64,000 bases of DNA, from the NCBI GenBank assembly GCA_963514005.1, contig OY740802.1:15128001-15192000 (forward strand), given 5' to 3'. A program made the translations under genes and the position numbers. This document shows, piece by piece, positions 12,690 to 25,433 of this stretch. Each line of letters begins with the position of its first letter. Position 1 is the first letter of the stretch. Source of the DNA: Raja brachyura. Taxonomy: Eukaryota. Below the pieces are notes generated by a model. The model did not search any database. It saw only the letters and a list, made by a program, of their open reading frames with translations, and was not told where the DNA came from.

Positions 12690-14000
12690 ATTCCTCAAAT
12701 GCTCCTGTAATTGCAATTCCTCTCAATATCATATGCATGCAGGAGTTCTTAGGTTCCTGAGGAGCTGTAAATAGCATTGGTCATCAGCAAACATCCACAC
12801 CTCTGACCTTACGATGGAAGGAAAGTGACCAATGAGACATCATAGGTTGGTTGAGTCTCAGACACTGCCCTGAGGGACTCCTGCAGAAATGTCTCTGCAG
12901 GAGTCCCTTGCCATATTCTTGCCATAGAGGGGGTACAGAGAAGATTCACCAGACTGATTCCAGGGATGTCAGGACTTTCATATGAGGAAAGACTAGATAG
13001 ACTCGGCATGTACTCGCTGGAATTTAGATGATTGAGGGGGGATCTTATAGAAACTTACAAAATTCTTAAGGGGTTGGACAAGCTAGATGCTGGAAGATTG
13101 TTCCCGATGTTGGGGGAGTCCAGAACAAGGGGTCACAGTCTAAGGATAAGGGGGAATTCCTTTAGGACCGAGATGAGGAAAACATTCATTACACAGAGAG
13201 TGGTGAGTCTCTGGAATTCTCTGCCACAGAAGGTAGTTGAGGCCAGTTCATTGGCTATATTTAAGAGGGTGTTAGATGTGGCACGTGTGGCTAAAGGGAT
13301 CAGGGGGTATGGAGAGAAGGCAGGTACGGGATACTGAGTTGGATGATCAGCCATGATCACATTGAATGGCGGTGCAGGCTCGAAGGGCCGAATGGCCTAC
13401 TCCTGCACCTAATTTTCTATGTTTCTATGTTTCTATGTCCTGGGGCAGAGACAATTGATCTTTGACAACCACCATTCCTGGTGATGGTTACGACTACACA
13501 TTGGAGAGTTTTCTCTCTGATGCCAGTTGACCTTAGCTTTATCAAGGATCTCTGAGGATGCACTTGTTCAATTGTGTGTTAGAATTCTTCAGTAGTCACT
13601 CTCCCCTCACCTCTGACTCTTGCATTATCGCAATCTGTATTGAGTGCACCTGGTGAAATCCACACTGAGCACTGGTAAACATTTACGATTAACATGTAAG
13701 TGTGAGTTAAATGCTTTATTGGTGCCATGATCCATTCATTTGGTGATGACAGAGAGTAGGCCGGTGGGGCAGTAATTACCCACATTGCCTTTGCCTGTCT
13801 GTGGAAACATCTGGTCAATTTTCCACATTTTTCAGTAGATGTCAGTGTTGTCACCATATTTAGATGGCTCAGCATAAGTGCAGCTGTTCCTTGATGACAC
13901 TTCCAGCATAATTATAGTGCTATGATACGGCAGTGGGGATATTGTCTGGTCTGGCATCAGTTATAGTATCCAGTACCCTCAGTCATTTCCACTCATTTCC
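12690..14000 (-). mobile_element. Ancient non-LTR retrotransposon RT fragment (CR1/Jockey-like), interrupted by a young CR1
   Basis: Minus strand gives AGVPQGSV...LPSIVRSEVWMFADD around 12780-12890, and NYRPISL-like and RVTALD-like remnants at 13580-13800. Confidence 0.65.
12909..13437 (+). mobile_element. Young CR1 (HER1-like) LINE, 5'-truncated
   Basis: ORF2 end LRGDLIETYKILKGLDKLDAGRLFPM...RVVSLWNSLPQKVVEA, then a 3' UTR and a (CTATGTTT)n tail. Confidence 0.93.
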
Positions 14001-14507
14001 TGCTGTCACATGGCACAAATCAAGATGGCTGAAGACTGAGGTACATGATGGAGGAAATATCAAAAGGAAGCTCAGATGGATCGTCCATTGATTCTTATTC
14101 TGATTTGTTGCAACTGAATGTATTGCGTGGCCATTTCAGAGTCTGGTTGTGACTTAACTGCTTTTCTCTGGATCTGGGATCCCATTTTGGATGTGCAGAT
14201 TGTTTTCTCAGAAGGACATTGCAAAAATTACCACAATCTGCTAGTTAATTTTTCTGCTACATGACCCTACATTAGTTGTCTTCCACTGGCTGCTCCTTGA
14301 CTTACTGAGTATCTTCAGTATTCTCTGATCTTATTTCAGATTACCAGCACCTCAAGATTTTCACTTTTCAACAACTACATGCATTATTCTTCAAGTATTG
14401 AAGACTTATGATTTTGTCATTAATGTGTCACCTTGTCGAACTAGATCAGAATTACATCAGTTTATCCACCTAATAGTGCCCAATTGACATATTATTAAAC
14501 ATTGGGT

Positions 14508-14748
14508 TCAGTCTGAAGAAGGGTCTCGAACTGAAACGTCACCTATTCCTTCTATCAAGAGATGCTGCCTGTCCCGCTGAGTTACTCCAGCATTTAATGT
14601 CTATTCAGGTTTGTAGGTTAATTGGTTTTGGTAAAGACTGTAAATTGTCTCTAGTGTGTAGGATAGTACTAGTGTGGGGGGGATCGCTGGTCAGTGTGGA
14701 CCCAGTGGGCCAAGGGGCTTGTTTCTGCACTGTATCTCTAAACTAACA
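14508..14748 (+). mobile_element. Penelope hammerhead unit (14508-14605) fused to the 3' half of an HE1 SINE (14607-14748)
   Basis: cagtCTGAAGAAGGGTCTCGAACTGAAACGTCacc...ccagcatttaatgtct followed directly by caggtttgtaggttaattgg...ctgtatctctaaactaa. Confidence 0.85.
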
Positions 14749-16544
14749 CTAATAGAATCAACCATACAGTTTTCACTATATGTCCTCTTGCTCACAGAAG
14801 TTCTATTGGAACTAACTGTGAAGTAGGGAGCCAAAGTTCCATTATCCCTTTTCAAGAAAGGTTGGTCCACTGCGGACAGGAAAAGCAACCAGATATTCAT
14901 TAAGTAATTGGATTAAATAATTATCAATGAACTCAAACATTTAATCAGGAAGTGTAAGTTAGAAAGTTTAATTCAATATGAAATAAACTATAGAAAGCAA
15001 CATAGAGAGAAGGAAATGATTACATTGAGTATTTAAATTTACATTAAAAATCGTCTATGTAATTTCTGATATTTGTTCGTTTTAACAGTAAATAACATTC
15101 AGAGGAGTTAGATTTTGGTCTTGCAAACATTCAATTGCAATGGTCTGCAGCTTAAGTTTTCAAAAATATAGACATTGTACTGTGAGAAAATTACCTATAC
15201 TGGAGTTGACAAGTCGTTATCCTTTCAAATGAGTTTCATGGCTCTTCATAACAAGACTGTGGCGAACCTTATATTTGAACGCTAACCCTTTCTTCGAGAT
15301 ACCATGATGGTTGAGTTCTGCACTCGACTCAAGGAGCAGGAACTTCAGTAGTACCCTCCTCACCTGGAGTTTTTATTGTGCTAATGCAGTTGATATAACT
15401 CACTGTTTAATATCTGCTTAAACATTGTAACACCAATAACCCCACCATTATTTCTGCTGGAAAATAATACTCATTGAATAAGTATGTGTAGGTTTACACA
15501 TACATATTCTTGACATAAAAATGCTTTGTTAGCAAGTAGAAAGAGAATTTTGAGTTATTTTAATGGAGCTTCGTAACACCATATCAAAATCCTTCTTCAA
15601 TTATTTAATACAACAATGAGAAATTGCATTAGATAATTATCAAAGTGAACTAGCTTTCAAAGTAAATCAAATCAGCTTTCCAATATATGTCAAGAAAATA
15701 TGTTGAATGATTTTATGGAGTAATTCCAATAGCAATCAGTGCTACATTGGTATGGAATGTAACTTTGGTTCCACCCAATTATATTGATGCAAGTGACTGT
15801 ATTCTTTCAATATTCCACACAGGTAAAGAGCTGGAATATCAATATTTCTCAATACAATTATAATATGTTATCAGATTAAAAAAACCTTTACACAACCACG
15901 TTTCATAACCATATTTTCCTATTTTACATGCTAATTATATTACATATTAAATATCAAGATTTTTTCATGTGCTAGCAAAAATAAAAGCAATTGTAAGCTG
16001 TAGATTCTGGCTTTAATACCCCATCATCTGAAAGTTGGGTGAGATTGGGAAGAAATGTTTAACTTATTTCAAAATCTATCTGAAAGGACAACAGGAGAGG
16101 TTGGCTACATTTTCTCTGGACAGTTAATGGACCAGAGAAAGAACATTGTATGAAATACTGCGGTGGAAACAAAATATGATTATCCTGTTTATAAAGAAAA
16201 TGGATAAATACTTGAAATATAAACAATATGAGAACGTTAGAGGAATGGAACTAAGTGAATAGGCCTTTGAGGGAAAGCCTGTAACCACAATATGCCAAAT
16301 GACTTCCTTTTATACAATAACTTTCTATGACTATCTTGTAAGGGTATTTATCTACAACTATAAGTCTTAAGACAGAAAATTCAAGGAATCTACATTAATT
16401 ACTAATTCTGTCATGTTTTCATTATATTTTTAATTTTATAAATACAATAACATTACTGTAACGTTAGAGTAATGACTGCAAACACACAGTTTCTTTAGAT
16501 TAAAGAACCAAATCCAAGTAAATTAATAGAAAAGAGCATGAGAA

Positions 16545-17290
16545 ATTGTACACAAAGTGCGGGAATAACTCAACGGTTCAGGCCGAACATTTTGGGTTGG
16601 GACCTTTCTTCAGACTGATTGCAGTGATGGGTGGAGCAGAAAGAGAGGTGGGGACAGGCAGACACAACCTGACAAGTGATAGGTGGATACAGGTGAGGGG
16701 GAAGGGGGTTGATTGCCGAAAACAGGCATGAGAAAAAAGGAGATAAGGATAGAAGAGGTACCTGTTGTGATGCCAGAGGAAGGAATATAGGTGGAGGTGA
16801 TGGGGAGGGAGGGGAGAAATGGGTGCAAATCCCAATGGGGCACAGGGAGGAGGGGGGTGGGAGGGGAGGAGAAAGAGTAGTTCATTTATAGGTTAGTTAC
16901 TCAAATTAGAGAATTTAATGTACATTTCATTGGGCTGTAAACTATCCAAGTGAAATATGAGGTGCTGTTCCTCTCCCCCCCCCCCCACCCCCCCCCCCCC
17001 AGCTTCCCTGTGCTCCACCTGGATTTGCATCCATTGACACCCTACCAACTCCCCCAGCCCCATCGACCACTGGCTTCACAATTTGCACATCTTATATTCT
17101 TATCTCCTTATCTCACAAATTTTGTCTTTTCATCTTTGGTCTTTCTCCATCCATCCGCCAATCAGCCCTCCCTCTCCCCCTCCACATGTATCATCCCCAC
17201 TACAATTAGCCTGAAGAAGGTCCAGATCTAAAATGTCTCCTGTGTCTTTTATGTCTTTTTTATAAAGCAGCATCTGCAGTTCCTCCAGGA
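16545..17290. mobile_element. Penelope-like element 3' ends in inverted arrangement
   Basis: A minus-strand pseudo-LTR and ORF end (16545-16975, ...ccaagtgaaatatgaggtgctgttcctc) is followed by a plus-strand pseudo-LTR ending in agcctgaagaaggtcc...catctgcagttcc. Matches the element at 4390-4770. Confidence 0.75.
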
Positions 17291-17303
17291 AAAAAAATGT
17301 AAA

Positions 17304-17840
17304 GTGGCTGTCCCTTGGGCAACCTAATCCGCGAGTTCTGACGAGTTTGCCCTTGACTCATACTCGCAGCATGGTCGACACGAGGTCGTAGGAAGTTTTC
17401 GTAACTCTCCTTCATGCTCGAGAGTGGTCCCCGCGTACTTGAGGCCTCAGTAAGGTTGCGGCGTTTTTTTCAATATGTTAAAAAAATGCCTGCGAGTAAA
17501 AAAAGGTTGCCATGGAAAAAATCGAGAATTTTTTTACTCGTAGGTTTAGTCGTAGTAGGTCGTAGTAGGTCGGCATGCTAGTCGTAGGTAATCGAGGGGT
17601 AATGGAAGGTAGTTGTAGAAGGAGAAGGAGATCGAAGGAGGTCGTCTTCACTCTCCACTATTCGGTGTCCAATTTTCCAGAAGTTAGTCGTGGCTAGTCT
17701 TAGTTAGTCGAAGCTAGTCTTCAACATAGTTGAAGGAGTTCAAAGGAGGTCTTCAACATAGTCGAAGGAGGTCTTCAACATGTCATTTGTTTAAAACTCT
17801 TCTAAGCACGTCAATTAGGTCACCCAAGTGGGACAGCCCC
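17304..17840. mobile_element. Non-autonomous DNA transposon (MITE) with GGGGCTGTCCCACTTGGG TIRs
   Basis: Left end gtggctgtcccttgggcaacctaat, right end attaggtcacccaagtgggacagcccc|ttaa. The CpG-rich interior has many GTCG(T/A)AG repeats. Confidence 0.8.
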
Positions 17841-18534
17841 TTAAGTCACCCAGAACAGTCCCTATGAGAGGGGAAAGTCTATGCTCCTTGCAAACTAAAG
17901 AGATGTACCACCGAATGAACAGCTGATGTTCAAGATGCTTCCAGACATTTAACTTGCTTTGCCAACTCAGTATTGAATCTGTCTGCTTTAAATGGAAATG
18001 AAAATGGAGCAAGTTCTACAATGGAGAATGCATTTTTAAGTGCAAGAGGGATAGCCACAGACTGACAAGCGATCATGGGAAGAAACTAACATACAAACAC
18101 ATTGTTTAACATAGGATTCAATTGACTGAGGCTACAACACACATACTTCTTGTAAACAGATAACCTTGTGAATGCAGTAAGAGATGTAACCTGCATTAAG
18201 GAGCATTGCTTTGGTAGTCATATAATCATTGCAGATCTGGCATGCATGTGTGCTCTCTTGAATTTATGTATTTGACTTATTTCAGAACATAGTTTTAGCA
18301 TTATGAAATCCAGGGCATGTTTATGCTTTTTGGAAACTTTTATTATCTTTGTGGCGAGATTATCCCTAGTTTTGAAGGGCATCAATCACCTCTGATGTAT
18401 CATTCTTGTTCTATGCATGTGATAGCAATTTATAATTACATGCTCTAAACTGATGATCGCATTAGTTTTAACAGCCTGATTTGCTTGCAAAAACAACTTA
18501 CTAATGCTATTTTCTGAGGCAGAGTAAAAGAGCT

Positions 18535-18836
18535 GAGAGGTACAGCGCAGAAACAGGCTCTTCGGCCCACTGAGTCCGGACCGACCAGCGATCCCCGCAC
18601 ATTAACACCATCCCATACACATTAAGGATAATTTACATTTATACCAAGTCAATTAACCTACAAGCCTGCACGTCTTTGGAGTGTGGGGGGAAACCGAAGA
18701 CCATGGAATAAACCCATGTGGTCACGGGGAGAACGTACAAACTCCAAACAGACAGCACCCATAGTCGGGATCGAACCTGGGTCTCTGGCGCTGTAAGCAC
18801 TTCAAGGCAGCAACTCAACCACAGCGCCACCATGCC
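18535..18836 (-). mobile_element. HE1-type SINE, near full length
   Basis: Head, V-domain and LINE-derived tail are all recognisable on the minus strand. Confidence 0.9.
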
Positions 18837-19516
18837 ACATAACTATTTTGGTTATGTCGACAACAACTATGTCAATGTACTTGCGATTGATCACTCTGAG
18901 CTGGTACATCCGACTGGCTTAAAAATAAGGTTGGCCAGAAGTCTGGATCCACAGCCAAATGCTTTTCCTTACCAGAGAAGTTAGTATTCCAATACAGTTT
19001 TACACATCAGATCACACTGAAAATTACAATCTGTGATCTCATATTCCTCTTTTCCGTCTTTTAACTACTAATGTTAACTTGCTTCTATTAAATACTTAAT
19101 ACCAGTGTTAAAAGGTGTACAAAATGATATATATGCATACTAAACATCTGTCTACCAATAACACGAACATTTTATTACCATACATTACTGGTAACCTTGC
19201 ATGCGCTGGATTAGGTGACAAAAAGCCTCTGAAAGAGCTCACAGATGAGGTAGAATGCCCACCATGTTAGGCTCATTGGGCAAAGTGCAAATATGTAGAA
19301 ACCTGGAACAAATCGAAGCATTACATCTTTGTAACTAAATATGCAATTTAATTTAAAATACACATATCTTATGTTTTTTTTGTAATTGTATGTAATTAAT
19401 AGACATTTTGAGTTTAAAAGCATTAAATGCATTACTTGAAGCATTTGTCTTGTTAAAATTGAATAGGGCACTTGAAGCCTTCATAAACAGGTAGGTCTGC
19501 CATATAGAACATTACG

Positions 19517-19825
19517 CACTGTGGCACAGTGGTAGAGTTGCTGCCTTACAGCACCGGAGACCCGGCTTTGATCCTGACTATGGGTGCTGTCTGTACGGGG
19601 TTTGTATTTACTCCCTGTGACTGTGTGAGTTTTCTCCAGGAGCTCTGGTTTCCTCCCACATTCCAAAGAAGTACGAGGTGTATTGGTTAATTGGCTTCAG
19701 TAAGAACTGCAAATTGTCCCGAGTGTGTAGGATAGCGCTAGTGTACGGGGATCGCTGGGCGGCACAGGCTCGGTGGGCTGAGAGGCCTGTTTCTGCGTTG
19801 TATCTCTAGACTAAAATAAACTGAA
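19517..19825 (+). mobile_element. HE1-type SINE, full length
   Basis: gtggcacagtggtagagttgctgcc (A box)...tttgatcct (B box)...tttcctcccacattccaaag...gtatctctagactaaaataaac. Confidence 0.9.
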
Positions 19826-19920
19826 CAAAAGAAAGGGAACTAAGATTCCGGGCACTAGTTACATTTAGGAGTTACTTTTCATCTTCCTTATTTTTACAAA
19901 ATGTTGCTTCTCAACTTGGT

Positions 19921-20400
19921 TTGAGAACTGTTCTGCCCAAGAGCAAAAGAAATTGCAGAGAGTTAGAAATGTAGCCCAGTGTCTATCACATGGACCAGAC
20001 CTCCCATCATTGACTCTACCTACACTTGTCCCATTTTTCTTCTACCTGTTTCTGTCCGGCAAAAGGTACAGAAAGCTTGAAAGACTGAGAAACAGCCTGA
20101 GAAACACCAGACTGAGAAACAGCTTTTCCCCCTCTGTTATCAGGATGCTGAATAATCTTCCTTAAGCTCGGGTACTGCCCAATTCACCTCGACATCATTG
20201 AGGATATCGGACTTTGTCTATAGTACTAATGCGGTTCATTGGTGGGATCTATATTCTGCACCCTGTATCTTCCCCAGCTGAACTTGAGTTTGAGGTGCTT
20301 GTATATATGTATAGTATTATCTGATCTGATTGGAAAGTATGTAAAACAAAGCTTTTCACTGCATCTCGGTACACATGACAATAATAATCCTAAATCTAAA
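19921..20400 (+). mobile_element. Rex1/Babar-type LINE 3' fragment
   Basis: NCSAQEQKKLQRVRNVAQ...LSGKRYRKL...RLRNSFSPSVIRMLN, then the tail gcttttcactgcatctcggtacacatgacaataa. Confidence 0.8.
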
Positions 20401-20799
20401 TACTAAAGGTGAATACACATTCCCTACATCATTATATTCTGATGTTTTGTTATGTGTGTTGGGTATTGAGGGAGCAAAATGATTTCCGCACAACTTACTG
20501 GTTTCATAGTGACATGATCCACCGAGGCTTCAAAAGGTGGTAGAATAATAGTCTTGAATGTTAATGGCCAAATACACTTATTAAACAGGGAATTATATGT
20601 AAATACGTAAAAAGCAATACAGTTTCATATCAGGATTTGCATTGCATCACTTTTCCATAGAAAGAGTAAAGTACCAATGGTGATCTGGAGACAAGGTCGA
20701 TTCCAAAGAAACCAAAAATGGAAAACCAGATAAGTGTTTAGCCAGATGTTCAGAAAACAGTTGTAAGGAGATATTGGATATATTGTTAAATTGATGGAA

Positions 20800-21112
20800 G
20801 GATACAGCATGGAAACAGGCACCATGGCCCACCAAGTCCATGCTGAACATTGATCACTGATTCCCACTAGTTCTAAGGTTTTCCACTCTCTCATCCACTT
20901 CCTACCTACTAGGGGGAATTTACAGAGGCCAAATTACCTACAAACCGGAACATCTTTGGGATGTGTGACAAAATCTGAGCACCCGGAGGAAACCCACATT
21001 GTCACAGGGAGAACATGTAAACTCCACAGAAACAGCATCTGAAGTCAGGATCGAACCTGGGGCTCTGCCGCTGTGAGGCAGCAACTCTATCAGCTGTGCC
21101 CCTGTCCCACCC
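20800..21112 (-). mobile_element. HE1-type SINE
   Basis: Same consensus as the other copies, minus strand. Confidence 0.85.
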
Positions 21113-21119
21113 TAAAAAG

Positions 21120-21450
21120 CTTGGGTTTATTCTCACTGGACTGTAGGAAGCTGAGCAGTGACCTTATATTTATAAAATTAAAAGGAGCAGAGAGAGGATA
21201 GATAGTCAGAATCTTTTCTTTCCAGGACAAGGTCTTGGAAAGTAAAGGGCACTGATTTAAGGTGAGAGGGGAGAAATTTAAAGGTGATCTGAGGGTAAAT
21301 TTCCCACACAGAGGTTGGTGAATATCTGGAAATTGCTGCCAGAGGAGGTGGTGGAGGCATGTATGATATCAACGTTGAAAAGGCATTTGGACAGGTACTT
21401 GTATAGGAAGGGTAGGGATGGATACAGGTCTAGTGTGGCAAGTGGTATTA
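21120..21450 (+). mobile_element. CR1/HER1 LINE 3' fragment
   Basis: tttaaggtgagaggggagaaatttaaagg...ctggaaattgctgccagaggaggtggtggaggc...aaaaggcatttggacaggtac. Confidence 0.8.
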
Positions 21451-21861
21451 ACCTGTTCACTGCCAAGTTTATTTTGCACTATGGGCCATGACCTGAGTAT
21501 ACTTAAGGGTGGAACTGAACCAAATTAATGCAAACTCCCTTCACCCTTGGCAAGGCTGAAGTAGGCCAAAAGGCCCCGTTTCTGTGAAGTATGTTTCTAT
21601 AAGATTAAGCCATACAGAAGTTATTTTCTCAAACATTACAATTGAGATGAATCATTCATAAGCCTGGGCAATCACTACAGCATCTCAGTCCTCCGATTTC
21701 TGGCTGTGGTATCAACTATAGTCCGGGTTGGGTAACTACAGAGTGAGCAGAGGGGTGTATGTTCAGGGTGGGAGAGGTTGGAATAAGTCAGGGGAGTGGA
21801 AAAGTTGAGATGGTTGATGTCCCGCCTGCAGTTGAAAGTGAAAAGGTCTAGAGAAGAAAAC

Positions 21862-21960
21862 GTCTAAAGAAGGGTCTCGACCCGAAACATTACCCATTCC
21901 TTCTCTCCAGAGATGCTGCCTGACCCGCTGAGATACTCCAGCATTTTGTGTCTATCTTTG
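21862..21960 (+). repeat. Penelope-derived hammerhead unit (core mutated)
   Basis: gtctaaagaagggtctcgacccgaaacattacc...ccagcattttgtgtctatc. Confidence 0.85.
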
Positions 21961-22671
21961 CGCTATCAACTAAACAGAGTTGAGATTTTGCTTCAAGATT
22001 TTGGAAAGGAAACATCAATTGCAGATGGCAAGGTTTTAAAACAGAATAATTGGGAAAGATTAGAATGTGGACTTTGCAGGGCAAAATAACATAAGAAGAA
22101 GTTTGGGATGAGATGGCAGTTTAAAGACAGATGAGAACATGGGATCTGGTTTAGTGGAGGTGAACGCTATTTTCCTTACTGCAATTTAGGAACCAGCCTT
22201 TAACATTTCACGTGAAGCAACAAGACCAGTGAAGAAGAAACCCACCTAAATAATTCAGACCAACTAAATCAGTCTTGTCACATTTAACAATCTAAATAGT
22301 GACTGATTGGTATCAAAAAATAAATCAGGAAAGTATAGTTGGGATCCCAACCACAAGGTCTAAGTAAGATATGAGATAGACGAGAAGAGACAAGTTTGAA
22401 AACAGACATTAGAAATAAAGAAACAACGTAGGTTGAAAAGGCTACAGGTGCTTAAAGAAGATTGGGTGCACATCCATTTTTGTGTTGTATGACTCTAATT
22501 GGTCTTCTGTACAACAAGTGATCAATGCCTAGACTCTGGAGACAGCAGTGCCTGGATTCTTACGCACTGCTTTGTGGTTGTGGATGACTTGCTTCCAATA
22601 CAAGCGACTGAAGTGTTCCATGTAGGATATGTAGACACGGGCTCCAATTGTTGGTATCTCCAACAATCAGG

Positions 22672-22972
22672 CTTTAGTTTTTATGGAGATACAGTGCAGA
22701 ATCAGGCTCTTCAGCCCAGCGAGTCCCCGTCGACCAGCAATTCCCACAAATTAACACGACCCTACCAACACTACGGACAATTTATATTTACGCCAAGCCT
22801 ACAAACCTGTACATCTTTAGAGTGTGGGAGGAAATCGACGAAAACCTACGTGGTCACGGGGAGAATGCACAAATTCCATACAGACATCACCTGTAGTCGG
22901 GATCGAAACCGGATCTCTGGCAAGGTAAGCGCTGCAAGGCAGCAACTCTACTGCTACGACACCATGCTGCCC
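22672..22972 (-). mobile_element. HE1-type SINE
   Basis: Same consensus, minus strand. Confidence 0.85.
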
Positions 22973-23364
22973 ATTACATGGAGTTGAACAGACTTTGTGC
23001 AAGGGGGCCATAAAAATGAGCTTGGATAGATCAACACAATAATGGCAAGGGAGCTATTTACAATTAATTCATGTTAAATTAGTAAAGAGAATTGCTGTTG
23101 TAAAATTAGAAACAAAATAAGAGCAGAGAAAGGTGTCAGAGAAGCTAAGTAACAAACAGCATAAGATTTGGCAGAAATGGGTAGGAACAGAATCCATGGC
23201 AAGATGTCAGAAGGAAACTGTATTTATTTAGATAACATGTAGAAATACACTATGAGAGGTATTGAATTGGATTGTTGGCAAAAAATGATCAACCAGGGGG
23301 TTACAACCTGTGGCATCATTAGAACATGACAAGGTGACAAGTCAACTGGCATGTTGGTAGCGGA

Positions 23365-23455
23365 CTGATACAAAATGCTGGAGTAACTCAGCGGGGCAGG
23401 CAGCATCTCTGGATAGGAATGGGTGACGTTTTCGGGTCGGACCCTTCTTCAGAAT
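23365..23455 (-). repeat. Penelope-derived hammerhead unit
   Basis: caaaatgctggagtaactcagcggggcaggcagcatctctgg...gtgacgttttcgggtcggacccttcttcag. Confidence 0.85.
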
Positions 23456-25433
23456 GTCTATCTATGTTGGTGGCAGAGATTGGAAGGCTGCAATTAATTA
23501 AAAATTAAGCTAATGGAAACCATAATCCTTCAAGAGGCATCGAATGCAGCGTGTATTCAGTTTGTATTGGTTATTAACTAAAAAGCCAAGATAATGGACA
23601 ATGAGACTAACGTTTTCCATATCCATGAACTGTAATTACATTAATGGTTCATTTGGAATGAGAACATCAGTTGAGATAGACCTTGCTAAATGGGAGTGGC
23701 ATTCTGTTTGGATAGGATGATGATCAGGACATCATTCCAGTGGTATTGGTACCATTCTTGCTAATGGGTGTTTTTTAACGGGAGCATACAGTTAGAATAG
23801 AAGCCATCCTCAGAGACAGTGCTAGGAGGTAATGATTTGTGTGGTTGAAAATTCTGGAATGGGGCTAATAAACAACAAGCACGACGAGCACCTACAGCAT
23901 CTGATTAATGATGAAGAGATGTGGGTAACATCAAATATGGAATGATGCCTCCCAAAAATGACAACTTGTGTCTGTGGGTCTATGCACGGAGGCACAATGC
24001 TGCTTTGGCCACTGCATTTATGTGTGTTGCAGAAAGGAAAGCTAAAGTTAGGCCAAATAAAAGACAAGGGAGAAAACTGCATCACCACCAAACTGTCTTA
24101 AAACTGTGGATCAAACAAAAATGCCCCTCTTCTTTAATTCTACATCACCTCAATTAAACACTCATCACATATTGTTGCTCAGGCTCTGGTGCTAATGCAC
24201 CATCATAGGAACATGAGACAAAGTCGCATTGTGCATCCGATACAAATATATTGAGTAAACAACCAAAGAGTTAAGAGATTGTTAATGGTAGGAGACAGCA
24301 ACAAGTGCAGAGTTACACGCCAGACTAGACAGTTAGTCACAATGAGGTGAACCAAAATGAGGCTAGCAGTTAGTCAATTAGTTGCATTAGTTGCTGTATT
24401 GACTGGTTGCACAAGCATATATGGGATGAGGATTGGATGTCCGAACCAGTAACTATTGACCAGGGTAACTATAGAATGAGAATCTGACATAAGGAAAGGA
24501 TAAATTTAACAGTTGATTAATTATGTGCTAAACACACAAACTGTAAAAATGAAACATGGATGTTAATCATTGAGCACGTTTGGCATGAGGAAATATGAAT
24601 CAATGTGAAACACCATATAAAGTAATATGATAAAAGGGAGCCAATATGGGAGAAAAATAAGGATTTGGATGTAACATTAAAGTACTAAGAGGCTGTATTT
24701 TCAGTCGTGCAATACCCAAAGACGTGGCTGTTGCAATAACAAAATGGTGTTCAGATCAAACAAATGGTAATTCCTTCATAACTTATTTTTATAACAAGGT
24801 TAATAAAGAAAACTCTGGAGCACAAAGCTCATGCTGAATCTGACTTTGCAATGAGGTATGCAATTTTAAAACACCTTGATTCCAAATTAATGAAACCAGC
24901 CAAACAATCAAACCGGTGTAGGAAGGAACGGCAGATATTGGTTTAAACCGAAGATAGACACAAAAATCTACAGTAACTCAAATATAGTGGATGTGAAATT
25001 CTCCTTTACTTTGTATAGCTAATATAAACCAACCGCTTCCTAAATACAGGATACAACTATAATATTATAACTGGTAGAGCACAGGAGCCTTTGTCAACTG
25101 CGAGGGCTGGTATTTTGGGAATTACTAGACCAGCTCTGAAAGAAATGATTGGGTTTCAACCTGGCAGCTTGCCAAGCTCGAGTATATCTGCTGCTTGGCG
25201 CCTTTCAGTGTTATCAGTTATTTGATTTTCGCTCAACTGCAGTAGTTTACTGCAATTGTATTTATAGAAGAACTCACAGATTAAAAATTGTATTGATTAT
25301 GACAAGTAAAGAGATTTAAGGACAATTAGAAGTACATTAGAATTTCAAATCGTCACTTCGGTCCTGACCAGTTAGAGCAATGGATTCAAGCACAAGACAT
25401 TATCAAACGGAAGCGACATCCTTTCAACCTTAA

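Noticed and set aside
19517-19590. tRNA-like A/B boxes here and in the other HE1 copies
   Set aside because: They are SINE heads followed by a V-domain and LINE tail, not tRNA genes.
23470-24760. Possible extremely decayed CR1 ORF2
   Set aside because: The similarity is too faint to assign boundaries by eye.
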